Positions 17,326 to 28,382 of a stretch of 64,000 nt of DNA are shown here, in pieces; the first letter of the stretch is position 1; the number at the start of each line of letters is the position of its first letter. The stretch is taken from NCBI GenBank assembly GCA_963663965.2, contig CAXXFK010000016.1:1-64000 (forward strand), written 5' to 3'. The notes under the pieces are model-generated. The model saw only the letters and a list, made by a program, of their open reading frames with translations. It did not search any database and was not told where the DNA came from. The DNA comes from Sedimentisphaerales bacterium. Its GTDB lineage: Bacteria; Planctomycetota; Phycisphaerae; Sedimentisphaerales; SM23-30. The translations under genes were made by a program, and so were the position numbers.

Positions 17326-19578
17326 CTAGGCCTGCTTGGTTTCAGTACCGGATTGCAAAACACCCATCACTGACGGTTCGGATGAAATATAATCATAATA
17401 GGATTCGTAAGTCTTGGCGAAATAACCGCCTTTGCGTGTCTTCACATTATTGAGTAGTATTCCCAGAATCCGGTTATTGCCGTTGGCCGAACGCAGTTCC
17501 CTTATCAAACGCTGGGCCATGCCACGGGCCGTACTTTCCGCGTTGATCACCACGATGGTGCCATCTATGATACTGGCAAAGATTCGAGCATCCACCACAA
17601 TTAATGCCGGTGGGCCGTCCAGAATAATGTAGTCGTAATGATCGCGTTGCTTATCCAACATAGTTTTCATTTGCGGACTGCTGACCAGATCTGCCGGATT
17701 GGGGGGCAATGGACCGCTGAATAGGATATCCAGATTTTTAATCGTAGACTTATACACCACATCGGCCAATGTGGCCTGATTAACCAGCACGTTACTTAAT
17801 CCCTGCTTACTCTTTTCCGTTGGAAACAGTTTACTCAATTTGGGCCGTCGGAAATTGGCGTCAACCAGAAGCACTTTTTTATCTTCTGCCGCCAGAGCGG
17901 TTGCCAGGTTTACCGCGCAGGTCGTCTTGCCGCAACCGGCCGCGCCACTGGTGATTAATATGGTCTTCATCTCCTCAGGCGGCGCACTGAAAATCAGGTT
18001 CGTTCGAATCTGCCGATAAAACTCGCTGATCAAGGCGTTGGGTTGGGTCGCCACAATTTTTTCAACGACATCTCGTGATTTATTGTCCGATTCATACTGC
18101 GGTATCATACCGAGTAACGGAGTATTCAAAAACCGCATGACATCGGTCGGGCTCTTCACCGTATCATCAGCAATTTCCAATAAAAATGCCAATCCCAATC
18201 CCGCCAGTAATCCTAATAAAAATCCGCCCGGCAAAAAGATGCTTTGTTTGGGAAAACTGATGCGGTTGGGTTCTACGGTAATTCCACCTCGTTTTACCGT
18301 AACGGCTTCACTGTTGTTTATTTTTGTATCAATCTCACCAATCCGTTGATTGTATAATTCCACCTGGGTGTATAACCGATCCAGTTCATCTTTGATATTG
18401 AAATACTTTATGGCGTTATCATCCAGTTGTTTCTGGGTTTTCAACGCCCGGTCATATTTGTCGGTGATCTCTGCCAGTTGATTCTGATAGGTGCCCAACT
18501 GATCCTGCAAATTATTATATTCCATCACCGCATATTGATTGACCAGATTATTACGCTGTTCATTCAACTGGTTTTCTGCGACACTGATCAATGCCTGATA
18601 ATCGCGCACCTCGCGATGTTTTTCGCCAAATCGCTCCAACAGTCGATCCCGCTGTTGAATCAGATTGGTGATCTGATTACGCAATCCCAGGATTAATGGA
18701 TCCTGCTCCACTGCCGCCAGCACATTGCCGGAAACCTGAATCTCACCCGTATCATTGGCGCCTGCCTCCAGACGTGCCAGCTCAGATTTCAACGAATTGA
18801 TTTCCGCGTTTAACAACATGATACTCTCATGATACCGGCTGATTTCCTGGGCGACGACCGTGCCGCCGGACTGGTTGGCTCGCCACCCGGCAACGGCCTG
18901 AGTGGACAGAGTATCCATTTCATTTTCTTTGGTTTGAATCTGCTTATTAAACTCAAGAATCTTTTTATTCAATGCATCTTTATTATTAGATAGTGTCTGG
19001 TTCTGAGAAAAGCCCTTGTCATCCAGAAACATTTCAATAATCGTATCCAGAATATCCTTGGCATCTTTCGAATTACCCGCCGTCATGGTAACACGGATAT
19101 ATTTTGTATTTCGCATGGGACGGGCCGAAAACGCATTCTGAAGCTCTTCGTAAAAACTTTTGTGCTTGGGAATCTTATTATACCACGCGGATTCCTGAAC
19201 CCGGCTGTGCCCCAGCACCTTGTTCAGAAAACCCTCCGAAGTCAGATCGGCCGCATAGGACGCGGCGTTCAATTGAATCACATCCTGACGCGGCAACATC
19301 AAGTCTGGACTCAGCAGACTGCTCTGCGGCATTTCGCAGGCAATATAATTCTCCGCCGTGTATTGAGGGGATGTTCTTTTAAGAAACATACACAAGCCGC
19401 CGCCGGCCACGGTAAACAGGATCGTCATCACGACAATCAAAACCAGACGATTACGAATCACCCGGATGAAATCTTTTATCGTAAATTGAACACTGGTGGG
19501 CGCGGACGCCGGATTGGCCGCACCAACGCGAGCGGGTAGTGCCGGCTTTCCGGTCAATACTGTGGGTGCTGTTGACAT
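17326..19578 (-). CDS. wzc: Polysaccharide co-polymerase/BY tyrosine autokinase (Wzc family)
   Basis: Two TMs flanking a coiled-coil; Walker A GCGKTT, LLVDANFRRP, IILDGPP; C-terminal Tyr cluster GYFAKTYESYYDY. Confidence 0.9.
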   Translation of the reverse strand: MSTAPTVLTGKPALPARVGAANPASAPTSVQFTIKDFIRVIRNRLVLIVVMTILFTVAGGGLCMFLKRTSPQYTAENYIACEMPQSSLLSPDLMLPRQDVIQLNAASYAADLTSEGFLNKVLGHSRVQESAWYNKIPKHKSFYEELQNAFSARPMRNTKYIRVTMTAGNSKDAKDILDTIIEMFLDDKGFSQNQTLSNNKDALNKKILEFNKQIQTKENEMDTLSTQAVAGWRANQSGGTVVAQEISRYHESIMLLNAEINSLKSELARLEAGANDTGEIQVSGNVLAAVEQDPLILGLRNQITNLIQQRDRLLERFGEKHREVRDYQALISVAENQLNEQRNNLVNQYAVMEYNNLQDQLGTYQNQLAEITDKYDRALKTQKQLDDNAIKYFNIKDELDRLYTQVELYNQRIGEIDTKINNSEAVTVKRGGITVEPNRISFPKQSIFLPGGFLLGLLAGLGLAFLLEIADDTVKSPTDVMRFLNTPLLGMIPQYESDNKSRDVVEKIVATQPNALISEFYRQIRTNLIFSAPPEEMKTILITSGAAGCGKTTCAVNLATALAAEDKKVLLVDANFRRPKLSKLFPTEKSKQGLSNVLVNQATLADVVYKSTIKNLDILFSGPLPPNPADLVSSPQMKTMLDKQRDHYDYIILDGPPALIVVDARIFASIIDGTIVVINAESTARGMAQRLIRELRSANGNNRILGILLNNVKTRKGGYFAKTYESYYDYISSEPSVMGVLQSGTETKQA

Positions 19579-19604
19579 AGTCGTTTCCTCGTAATTATGA
19601 ACTA

Positions 19605-22600
19605 TTAGTTCGAACTGAGTTCTGTTTTAAGCTTTTGAAGTTTTTCCTGCCATGCCGATCGTGCGACGCCAACGGTCGCCTTGTCAAGCCGATTCAGGGC
19701 GCTCTCGACCTGGACCAGGGCTTCTGTGGCATTCCCTTCACCCTGGTATGCCTGGGCCAGATGATACTCATAATCGATCGGGAATGCGGTTCCCATGGCT
19801 TGATTGTCACGAACGATCTGTAATAGCAATTTCCGGGCAGTCACAAAATCGCCCGTTTTGATCAGGGCCAGTGAATAGGTATCCACCACCTGATCGGAAT
19901 CCTGCCGCAGATAATAAGCCTGACGCGCCAGCGTCAAGGCCTCATCCAGATGAGTGTCCATATTCAATAACGCATAGGCCAGATTGTTTAATACTTCTGC
20001 GCTGGCACGGTCTTTGGGCAGCGATTCTTTTAATTGCCGATAATAGTCGCTGGCCTGACGGTAATTCGAGATGAGCATACTGGAATTTCCCGCCTGCGAC
20101 AGGATTTCCTGACGCATCATTTTGTCCGCATGCTTCAGCGCCTGCATCCATTGATCGTTTTCTTTCTGGTATTCCCCCTGGTGATTATAGACGATCGCCT
20201 GAATCCAATGCCATTCCGGCCGATCCGGTTGCTGTTGCGAAAGTTCTTCTGCCCAGGCCAGTAACGCGGCCGGCTCAGCCGCCTTTCCGACCTGGCCTAA
20301 AATCAAAATACGATCCAGCTCGCTCAGATCGGTGCGATTCAGCAGATTTGTCACCAATTCTAAAGCCTCCGCGCTTTGCTGAGAACGCCCCAGAACTTCC
20401 ACCAGATACAACTGACATTTAAGATTGTCAGGATGGTCCTTCAGAATATTATTTAACAATGTTTTTGCATTGTCAAAATTATCCGTGGCGACCAGAGCCT
20501 TTATCAAGACATCCAGCACCATCATCCGCGCACTGGAGTTTTCCGAAGAGGCCTGATAGGCCTTCTGTAACACATCGATAGACCTGCGGAAATTAAGTTG
20601 CGCGCTTCGGATCGCTTCCTGTTTATCCAGTTCATCGGTCAATGTGGCAATCCGGGCATCCTCCGCCAGCGCCCGATCGAGATAAAAATTACCCATGGCC
20701 ACTTTGAAATCAATTCTATTGGGATTCTTCTCCATCTGAGTGTTATAAAAAGTTTCCAGCTCAGACCAGCGCTCCAAGTGGGTCAGGGTCTGCGTCAGCA
20801 AATACTGGGAGAGGGTATGATTCGGATCTTGATTCAGATTATCTTTCAGCAGACTGATTGCCTGGGCAGTCAGGCCCCGGGTAAGATAGATCCTTGCCAG
20901 AATATAATTCGAAGTCACTGTCTGCGAAGGCGCGACCATGGCCATTTTCTTCGCCGCGGCTTCCGCGGCATCCATCTGATTGCTGTTAAACAGCGCTTCA
21001 CATTTCAACCGCCAGGCCATCGCCTGATTGCTTTCCAGGGCCAGGACTTCATCTGCCATTTTTATGGCGTCTTCATAACGAACCTGCATCATCGCAATCC
21101 GGATCTTCTGTAATAAAATCTCCTTACGAAAGTCCGATCGGTTGGCTTGATATTCCGGGGCAGTTTCCAGCTTTTGCAGAACAGCCATCGCCTGATTGAC
21201 GTCCCGGGCGGCCAGCAGAGCATCGATTTCTCCAATGGCCAGCATTGGACTGTTATTATGCTGCTGGGCAACCTGGTAAATTCGCCGGGCGCGTTCGATT
21301 TCCCCTCGCTTTAGATAGAGTGGACCAAGCTGGATGACCGCCTCGGCATTCCCCGGATCGTCTGTTATGATCTGTTCAAGCTGATCGATGGCGGCCGGGT
21401 CTTTCCCGTTTGTCAGATAGAGCCGGGCCAGATTCATCATCGCCTGCGACTTCGCCTCGCCTTCAGAACGGTCGATCAGATCCTTCAATATCATCTCGCC
21501 CTGCCCGCTTTCACCCTGCATCGCCTTGAATTGTTCATATAATGCGATTATCTGGGGCGCATTGGATTGTTTGGCCAGCGCTTGCTGGAATATTTTTTCT
21601 GTCTCTTTAACGACGGACTCCTGTATCGGGTCCTCCAGTTTTAGATAGGACAGGTAATGCTGTAGAAATGATTGCCAGTAAATCATGCGATCAGGATAAG
21701 TATTCACCAGGTACTGGCCGCGGGCCACGATGTCGCGATGAATATTGTCAATCCGCTGGGTATATAATGCTTTGGTATTCGCGCTTATCAACGGGGATTG
21801 CGCTTCCTGATGCAGCAATTCAATCAAACGGGTGCCATAATGAATATAGATCGAATTCCCGGTCGCATGTGTTGGCGCGACATCCAGAATATGGCCCGCC
21901 AGTTGAAGAATTTCCTGAACCTGCGGCAAGGTTAGCGCGGCGCCCGCCTGGACATACTGCCTTTCCAGCAGAGACGCTTGCATCAGGTTGGCCCGGATAT
22001 AAAATGGATCCAGCGCCAGCAGTTCCCGCAATTGCTTTTCAGCTTCCGAAAAGTTATTGAGCTGATAATTAGCGTTGGCCGCCTTGAATCGTTCATCCAG
22101 ATCCGTCGGTTTCAGGTCAATCAACTTTTCCAGACTGATGAGGGCCTCGGCCCACTCTGCTTTCCCAAGTTGATAATCCGCCCGCAACCGGCGCCCGGTA
22201 TAATCATCTTTCTTTTCAACCCTGGCAATAAGCGATTCGGCTTTCGTCCAGTCCTTGAGTGCGATCGCGGCATAAAACTGTCCCTTTATTCCCTCCAGCG
22301 ATTCGGGTTCCAGCCTGGATAATTCAGCGTACGCCTTGTCCGACAGCACCCAGACTTCTTTGGCCTTTTCATTCAGAATATTCTCATCCCCACTCAGTTT
22401 CACGGCACGGTCGTGATAATAGATGGCCTGCAATCGAATTCTTTCCTTGGGATCCTGAATAGCATTCACTGCCTGCAGATAAATCGCCTCTTGTTCATCC
22501 GGATTGATCTTGGCCGGGTCAGCCACTTTGAGTGTCCGGGCCTTGATCAGGAGCTGCAAATTCCCTGGGTCTGCTTTCAGGGCGCGTTCAATATATTCAG

Positions 22601-24641
22601 ATGAACGCGCATAATCTTTGTTAAGAAAATAATAATCTGCCAGATTCTGTAATATGTCTATGTCGCCGGGATATTTTTCTGCCAGCGCCACAAAGGCCTT
22701 TTCCCGTTCGGACTCTTCCGTCAGCGCCTGAGCTTTCAGAAGATCGATCTGACGATTACTGCCGGTTAATAAACGGATAAGGGTTCCCGCCTCTTCCCGC
22801 CGCCCTGGGATATCCAGCAAGAGACGCGCCTTATAAACCATCATATCCTGATAATAGGGATCGTCGGCCGTATGTGACTTTTCGTAATATTCTGTGATAA
22901 ACGCCAGCAGAATGGCCTGGTTCGTGGAACCTTTGATATCGATCAGCGTGTCAAAAAGCGTTTTGAATCCATAACCGCCCCGGCGTGACAGATCCGACTT
23001 TCTCGCCATGGTTAAAGCCACCGAGGTCTGTCCGTCCCTGGCCAGGCCCAGCGCCAGACGGTAATACAAACGTTGCAATTTCCGGTTACGCTCCACGCCT
23101 TCGGTCAACTCTAATTCCTTGCAGACTTGATATAGTTCCCGAATCCCCTTGTCATAATCCTTCACGGCCAGCGAGATGATCGCCTCGGCAGCCCGGTAAC
23201 TGGGCGCCTTGTCACCCACCGCTTCGCGCAACGCTATCGACAATTCACGCGCCTCTTTAAGATAGGCCTCTTGCTGCGACTTATCCTGCGTGAGCATCGA
23301 TAAGTCAATGTCGGTCTCAATTAAAATCGGCAATACCAGACCCGATCGGATCCCTGACCAGGACACGGCATCCAGTGAACCGCTATCCGGCCAGAGCGAT
23401 CGATAGTATCCCTCTCTTAATAAATCCCGTGCGACCTGAAAATCTTCTTCTGGTTTGGAAATCCATTCCGCCCGGGAAATATAGAGCTGCCCCAGCGCGG
23501 CCTTCCAGAGTAATTCGCTCGGTTCTAACGCCAGGCCTTCTCGGTATAATTCAAAAACCGGTTCAAAATCATCCGGTTTCTTGATCTCACTCAGCAGAAA
23601 CTCCGCTTTCAAAACATAAAACCGGCCATCCTTTGGGAAACGGTCAATGGCCGCGTCAATTTCACGAACGGTCTGGTCCCGCCAACCCTCCAGATTCGCG
23701 GTATTCACGTTGGGCGATGCGCCTTGATTCTGGGACTCGCGCATCGAGTCGTATCGAACAATATAATAGTCGCGAATCAAATTAAACTGAGGTTCAGGAT
23801 CTTCCGGATTGCGAGTCAGCCCCTCTCGATAGGCAGCCTCCGCCTTTTCGTAATAGGACGATTGCTCTTCCTGACTCTTATCACGGGCATTCACCATTTC
23901 CAACGCGCCGCGCAATTTCCACAGCAACGGATCGTTTTCGTTCACTTCTCCGGCTTTAACCAGGGCCGCCTCGGCGGCGTTCCGTGTGCTCTCCTGATTT
24001 TCGGTCGCGTTCATTGCCAGCAATTGGATTTGACTGTCTGCCAGCACAAGATATCCATACCCATCACTCGGAGCCCGCTCTATAAACTGGTTGGCCTGCT
24101 TCTGAATATCCAGCCACTTCGCCGGTTTGCGGTAATATGCCGCCATTTTATATTCAATGGAAAGAATCGATCGTCGCGCCTCAATTTCATCGGGATAACG
24201 CTGGGTAATGTCCGTCCAGACTTTAATAGCGGCTGGAAAATTATAGATCCGCGTCAACAATTCTGCCTTGCGTTTTCGTAACTCCTTGCCGACATCCTTG
24301 CCCTTGGAATACTTCAGGGCCTGATCGATGGTTTTAAATATCTCCCTCCAGCCGTTCGTCCAGTCACCATCATGAAACGCGCGGATTTTTTCATATCTCT
24401 CTTTAACGTCCGGCACGGTGCCTGCTTCTGCCATCAACTCCTTTTCCCGTGATTCGATCTGTTCTACCAAATCTTCCGACTTCTCCTTCAGGACTATCGG
24501 ATCGTTCCCCATCGCCTGATGGATGAATTCCGGCAAAAATGGATATTTGTAATCCACCGCTATCAGAAAAATTGCCAATATGGGCAATCCGATCAGTAAA
24601 AGCAATACCACTAATTTTCGATTCAATTGTTTCTTGGCCAT
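19605..24641 (-). CDS. Giant N-terminally anchored TPR-repeat protein (1678 aa)
   Basis: N-terminal TM; many TPR-like units (ALKADPGN, LLALDPFY); C-terminal EVLNNLAY...DTY. Confidence 0.8.
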   Translation of the reverse strand: MAKKQLNRKLVVLLLLIGLPILAIFLIAVDYKYPFLPEFIHQAMGNDPIVLKEKSEDLVEQIESREKELMAEAGTVPDVKERYEKIRAFHDGDWTNGWREIFKTIDQALKYSKGKDVGKELRKRKAELLTRIYNFPAAIKVWTDITQRYPDEIEARRSILSIEYKMAAYYRKPAKWLDIQKQANQFIERAPSDGYGYLVLADSQIQLLAMNATENQESTRNAAEAALVKAGEVNENDPLLWKLRGALEMVNARDKSQEEQSSYYEKAEAAYREGLTRNPEDPEPQFNLIRDYYIVRYDSMRESQNQGASPNVNTANLEGWRDQTVREIDAAIDRFPKDGRFYVLKAEFLLSEIKKPDDFEPVFELYREGLALEPSELLWKAALGQLYISRAEWISKPEEDFQVARDLLREGYYRSLWPDSGSLDAVSWSGIRSGLVLPILIETDIDLSMLTQDKSQQEAYLKEARELSIALREAVGDKAPSYRAAEAIISLAVKDYDKGIRELYQVCKELELTEGVERNRKLQRLYYRLALGLARDGQTSVALTMARKSDLSRRGGYGFKTLFDTLIDIKGSTNQAILLAFITEYYEKSHTADDPYYQDMMVYKARLLLDIPGRREEAGTLIRLLTGSNRQIDLLKAQALTEESEREKAFVALAEKYPGDIDILQNLADYYFLNKDYARSSEYIERALKADPGNLQLLIKARTLKVADPAKINPDEQEAIYLQAVNAIQDPKERIRLQAIYYHDRAVKLSGDENILNEKAKEVWVLSDKAYAELSRLEPESLEGIKGQFYAAIALKDWTKAESLIARVEKKDDYTGRRLRADYQLGKAEWAEALISLEKLIDLKPTDLDERFKAANANYQLNNFSEAEKQLRELLALDPFYIRANLMQASLLERQYVQAGAALTLPQVQEILQLAGHILDVAPTHATGNSIYIHYGTRLIELLHQEAQSPLISANTKALYTQRIDNIHRDIVARGQYLVNTYPDRMIYWQSFLQHYLSYLKLEDPIQESVVKETEKIFQQALAKQSNAPQIIALYEQFKAMQGESGQGEMILKDLIDRSEGEAKSQAMMNLARLYLTNGKDPAAIDQLEQIITDDPGNAEAVIQLGPLYLKRGEIERARRIYQVAQQHNNSPMLAIGEIDALLAARDVNQAMAVLQKLETAPEYQANRSDFRKEILLQKIRIAMMQVRYEDAIKMADEVLALESNQAMAWRLKCEALFNSNQMDAAEAAAKKMAMVAPSQTVTSNYILARIYLTRGLTAQAISLLKDNLNQDPNHTLSQYLLTQTLTHLERWSELETFYNTQMEKNPNRIDFKVAMGNFYLDRALAEDARIATLTDELDKQEAIRSAQLNFRRSIDVLQKAYQASSENSSARMMVLDVLIKALVATDNFDNAKTLLNNILKDHPDNLKCQLYLVEVLGRSQQSAEALELVTNLLNRTDLSELDRILILGQVGKAAEPAALLAWAEELSQQQPDRPEWHWIQAIVYNHQGEYQKENDQWMQALKHADKMMRQEILSQAGNSSMLISNYRQASDYYRQLKESLPKDRASAEVLNNLAYALLNMDTHLDEALTLARQAYYLRQDSDQVVDTYSLALIKTGDFVTARKLLLQIVRDNQAMGTAFPIDYEYHLAQAYQGEGNATEALVQVESALNRLDKATVGVARSAWQEKLQKLKTELSSN

Positions 24642-24676
24642 ATTCTAAATCGCTCCTGGCGTGCTGAATTTTCAGA

Positions 24677-25441
24677 TTAGTTAAGCGGGTCGCCTGGCGT
24701 AGGGATTTCTGGAAAATGATTCGCTTCCAACAAGGGCACTACTTTTTCACTCATCCGGGTGATTAATCTCAATACCTCTTCCTGGTCGGGTTGCTTCATA
24801 TTGTCTTGAACGGTAAATTCGATTTTGCTGAAATAAGCATATTCGAGTTTGGGATCGTTCAGCTCATAACGAACCTGATAACGGTCATTCATATAAATGC
24901 CGTTGGCATTGAAAAAGTATCCAATCGTGTAATAAACATTCGTGCCATCCGATAACGCTTTCGAAACTTCCAATATTCTGACGGGAATCTTCTCGCCATG
25001 AACAAGAATGACACGGTTGATGGTTTTGTCTTTTTTGTAGCCGCCACCAAGATAACACACGTCGGGAATATGAGGCACCAGGCCCGGATCTCCGGTATAA
25101 TAGGTCACAAATAAATTCGCTCTGGTATAATGATCATCAGGATTGGGCTGGCTGTTCACGATATCCCAGGTGATATATTGCTCCGTTCCCAGTTCTGTTA
25201 ACATCGTCTCGTTATCAATTGTATTTTTATAACGAACCACAAAAGGCTTCAGGGCGTTCTCGTCCAGTTGATCGAGCGGCGCCTTCAGTTCCAGCGGCTT
25301 TTTATTAATATTCCCACCCAGCACGGCGATGGTTCTTTGGATCGAAATGATCCCGATAACCATACAGGCCGCACAGAGTATAAATCCAACATCGGTTGAT
25401 AACCGCCTGCTGACTGTAACTATGTTGAGTTTCTCGGTCAT
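24677..25441 (-). CDS. epsI: Exosortase-associated EpsI-family protein
   Basis: LFVTYYTG...PHIPDVCYLGGG motif; overlaps the exosortase stop. Confidence 0.75.
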   Translation of the reverse strand: MTEKLNIVTVSRRLSTDVGFILCAACMVIGIISIQRTIAVLGGNINKKPLELKAPLDQLDENALKPFVVRYKNTIDNETMLTELGTEQYITWDIVNSQPNPDDHYTRANLFVTYYTGDPGLVPHIPDVCYLGGGYKKDKTINRVILVHGEKIPVRILEVSKALSDGTNVYYTIGYFFNANGIYMNDRYQVRYELNDPKLEYAYFSKIEFTVQDNMKQPDQEEVLRLITRMSEKVVPLLEANHFPEIPTPGDPLN

Positions 25442-26418
25442 TATTTTTTACCTGCCGGGTTTTTCGCCGGATTCAGAGTAATAATATCCTGATCGCCTTC
25501 CGTTGATTTTTCCTTCGAAGATTCTTCGTAAAACAGATTGTTCATGATCCAGGCCAGTCCGCCATACATCACGAAAGCCAGTCCCAGCATCACCAATCCC
25601 AGCATGGTATGCAGCATACCCTCGGCATATTGAGCGCCAATATAAATATGAATCATGCCAGTCAGCAGTACCCGCAACATATTACAGATGATCGCGATGG
25701 GAACGGTACTGAGCAGCAGGACGATCCGGTGCGAGGCCGGGCGCTTTTCCAGCCAGGCCATCGCCACACCCAGCGCGACAAACGTTCGCAATAAACGCAT
25801 CCCGCTGCACGCGTCAGCAACATTTAAATCAAAAGGGATTCCGTGATGCGTTCCGGATATCACTACCCCCGACGCCTCACACACGATTCCCGGGAAAAAA
25901 TTCAATACCACGGTCGCCAGAACTGAAGACCACATCCGCAAGGGCGTGGTGATCCGGTCATGAATCGTAGGCGGCAACTGAAATGCGAACACCAGAAAAA
26001 CAATCGGCAGCCAGACCCGTTTGAAAACCCCCCACCCTCCTGCCAACAGGGTCATACCGGCGATCACCGGTAACATCATATAAGGGCGCGGCGATCCAAA
26101 ACGACGTGTCAGACACAAGCTGTAACCGATGACTCCAATCGCAATTAACACGATTCCTGCAAAATTAAATATACCGAACTTGGCTTTAATCTGCTTCAGA
26201 GCCGCCCGGTCCTGCCAGAGAAAATACAAACTGAACGCCGGGATCAACACCCCATGCGATTCATCCGGCATTTTCCAGGTTTCCACCAGCCTGATCAGCT
26301 CATTACGGAATAAAAAAACAAATAGCGCCGCCAGAATGGCGATCTTCCAATATCTCAGAGGATCTGCTTCCGGCGTCGTCGACTGCTCAAGTTCAGATTG
26401 TAAATTGAGTTCTGTCAC
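25441..26418 (-). CDS. Exosortase (EpsH family)
   Basis: SHGVLIP; catalytic Cys VADACSGMR, Arg NMLRV, His MLHT; multi-TM. Confidence 0.92.
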   Translation of the reverse strand: MTELNLQSELEQSTTPEADPLRYWKIAILAALFVFLFRNELIRLVETWKMPDESHGVLIPAFSLYFLWQDRAALKQIKAKFGIFNFAGIVLIAIGVIGYSLCLTRRFGSPRPYMMLPVIAGMTLLAGGWGVFKRVWLPIVFLVFAFQLPPTIHDRITTPLRMWSSVLATVVLNFFPGIVCEASGVVISGTHHGIPFDLNVADACSGMRLLRTFVALGVAMAWLEKRPASHRIVLLLSTVPIAIICNMLRVLLTGMIHIYIGAQYAEGMLHTMLGLVMLGLAFVMYGGLAWIMNNLFYEESSKEKSTEGDQDIITLNPAKNPAGKK

Positions 26419-26488
26419 AAGGTCCTGTTTCGCTGTCTTGGCAATTAGGTAAGATCATGCGGCGAATTAGATTAAACCGTCCTGACAA

Positions 26489-28015
26489 TTAATGTCCAAA
26501 ATCTTTATCCGCCAGATTACGGTCATAAACAAATCCGAATCCATAGGTATAACGGAAACTGTTACGGATCACTGCCACCCAGCGCGCCGTCGGATGCGAT
26601 CCCACATTGATAGTATCATTCGGCCGCAAATAGATATCCGGCTGCGTTCCTTCAAACAGCTTGCGCAGATTGACTTTGCAGGTGACTTCCTTGTTCCCGC
26701 CGATTCGACGGATAATATCGCAGCGTTCCGGGCTGGCCAGCGGGGTCAGACCGCCCACGGTTGCCATGGCCTGCTTCAACGTCATTTGCTCGCCTCGCAA
26801 TTGATAGGGTCCCGGTCCGGTCACCTGTCCCATTACGTAGAATACTCCGGTCGCGTTAAACGGTACCCGGATATAATCACCCGGACGGATCAGAATATTC
26901 TGACTCAAGTCGCCCGATTGCAGGCTCTTCAGATCGATCCGGATTACCTCCTGTTTGAGTTGCAGCGATGCCGAACTGGATTCAAAATCGAATATCACGT
27001 CTCCCGGGGCCACCGGAATGACCAGGTCACCTTCCGGCAGATCCGCGGCATAAATCATGACCTCCTGATCATCAACCGGTTCGGGGGCATTTTGAAATTT
27101 CTTGCTGACCGGACCAATGCTCTCCAGCAGCTCATCCTCCGGATCTTTCACTGGCTCAGGTTTCCGCTCGATCTCCGGCTTATCCGTTTTGGGCTCGATC
27201 ACCCGGGGTTGCTCAGGCGCAACGTCCTGGGAAGCGCCTTCAGCCGGCTTGGGTTCCATGGGCTTGGCCTCAACGTCAACAGGGGGGGGCACAACCGCAG
27301 GCGCCTCTTCCGGCTTGGGTTCTTGAATTTCCGGTTCCTGAATCGTCGCTTCACGTGTCCCATACGACTCTTCAGCCGGTTGGGCTGCCTCATCAGTTCC
27401 TGATTCGGGTGTACTGGTACGAATCACATAAGCATAATCCGCGCCGGTTTGCGGAAAACCCCCTGCCTCCGCGAAGGCTTCCAGAATACGAAGGTTTGGA
27501 TTGATCAATTGATAACGGGCCGGCACGGCCACTGCGCCATCTATTGAATAGGTTTTTACCGTCGAATTCACTACCACCACGCTGACAGTCGGTTCCAATA
27601 TGAAATCAGGACTCAATTTGCCCACTAACACCTTGGTGAGTTCGGTTTCCGATAAACCGGCCGCCTGCACCGTTCCGATTTCCGGCAGAGTGATTCGACC
27701 CGCCTCATTGATCTGACGCGAACCGACCCATTCCTGACCGGTCTGGAATAAATCCATGATATTGATCATCAAAGTGTCGCCCGGACTCATAATATATTCT
27801 TTTTGAACGTCTCGCAGATCTTCTGACCGTGGATCTCGCGCGTCAGCGAACAATGCCGGCTCTTCATCCACAACACCCAGGCTTGGCAAGATAATATTCG
27901 TCACCGGGGTCGCGCGAAAACGCCCAAGGGTCTGGGGGTCGCTGCATCCTGCCATCACACTTACAATCACTAGCATAATTCCATACGCTATGGTCTTTTT
28001 AGCTTGTTTCTTCAT
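26489..28015 (-). CDS. wza: Polysaccharide export lipoprotein (Wza/OPX) with SLBB domains and an acidic Pro-rich insert
   Basis: Lipobox MAGC; PGDTL..., GRITLPEIGTVQAAG, YVMGQVTGPG, LRPNDTINV. Confidence 0.85.
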   Translation of the reverse strand: MKKQAKKTIAYGIMLVIVSVMAGCSDPQTLGRFRATPVTNIILPSLGVVDEEPALFADARDPRSEDLRDVQKEYIMSPGDTLMINIMDLFQTGQEWVGSRQINEAGRITLPEIGTVQAAGLSETELTKVLVGKLSPDFILEPTVSVVVVNSTVKTYSIDGAVAVPARYQLINPNLRILEAFAEAGGFPQTGADYAYVIRTSTPESGTDEAAQPAEESYGTREATIQEPEIQEPKPEEAPAVVPPPVDVEAKPMEPKPAEGASQDVAPEQPRVIEPKTDKPEIERKPEPVKDPEDELLESIGPVSKKFQNAPEPVDDQEVMIYAADLPEGDLVIPVAPGDVIFDFESSSASLQLKQEVIRIDLKSLQSGDLSQNILIRPGDYIRVPFNATGVFYVMGQVTGPGPYQLRGEQMTLKQAMATVGGLTPLASPERCDIIRRIGGNKEVTCKVNLRKLFEGTQPDIYLRPNDTINVGSHPTARWVAVIRNSFRYTYGFGFVYDRNLADKDFGH

Positions 28016-28382
28016 GTCCTGTATCCTGTCTGTTATCTCAGGTTAAGGTACGCATTGAACTCAAAAGATTATTTTATTTATAGCTTACTGAGTTCTACAT
28101 CGGTTGACTATGATCCAGACTTTATCTTATATAACGCTAACTGTAAACTTGCAAATAATTTATAGGCTTTTTTCTTACATTACTTGTTGGATGTCGCTTG
28201 TGTTCATGCATTTTATTTTTTTGTAGTAAACAATAAGATAACACCTTATATTTGAAGGAGCAAGGGAGGTTCTGTCAAAATTTAATTCTGTTAATTCAAT
28301 TACTGCCAGGATATTGTCGATAATAGATAATGGATTATCGGGCCTCTTGGGCCCGGTTCAGAGCGATTATAAGGACTGAACC

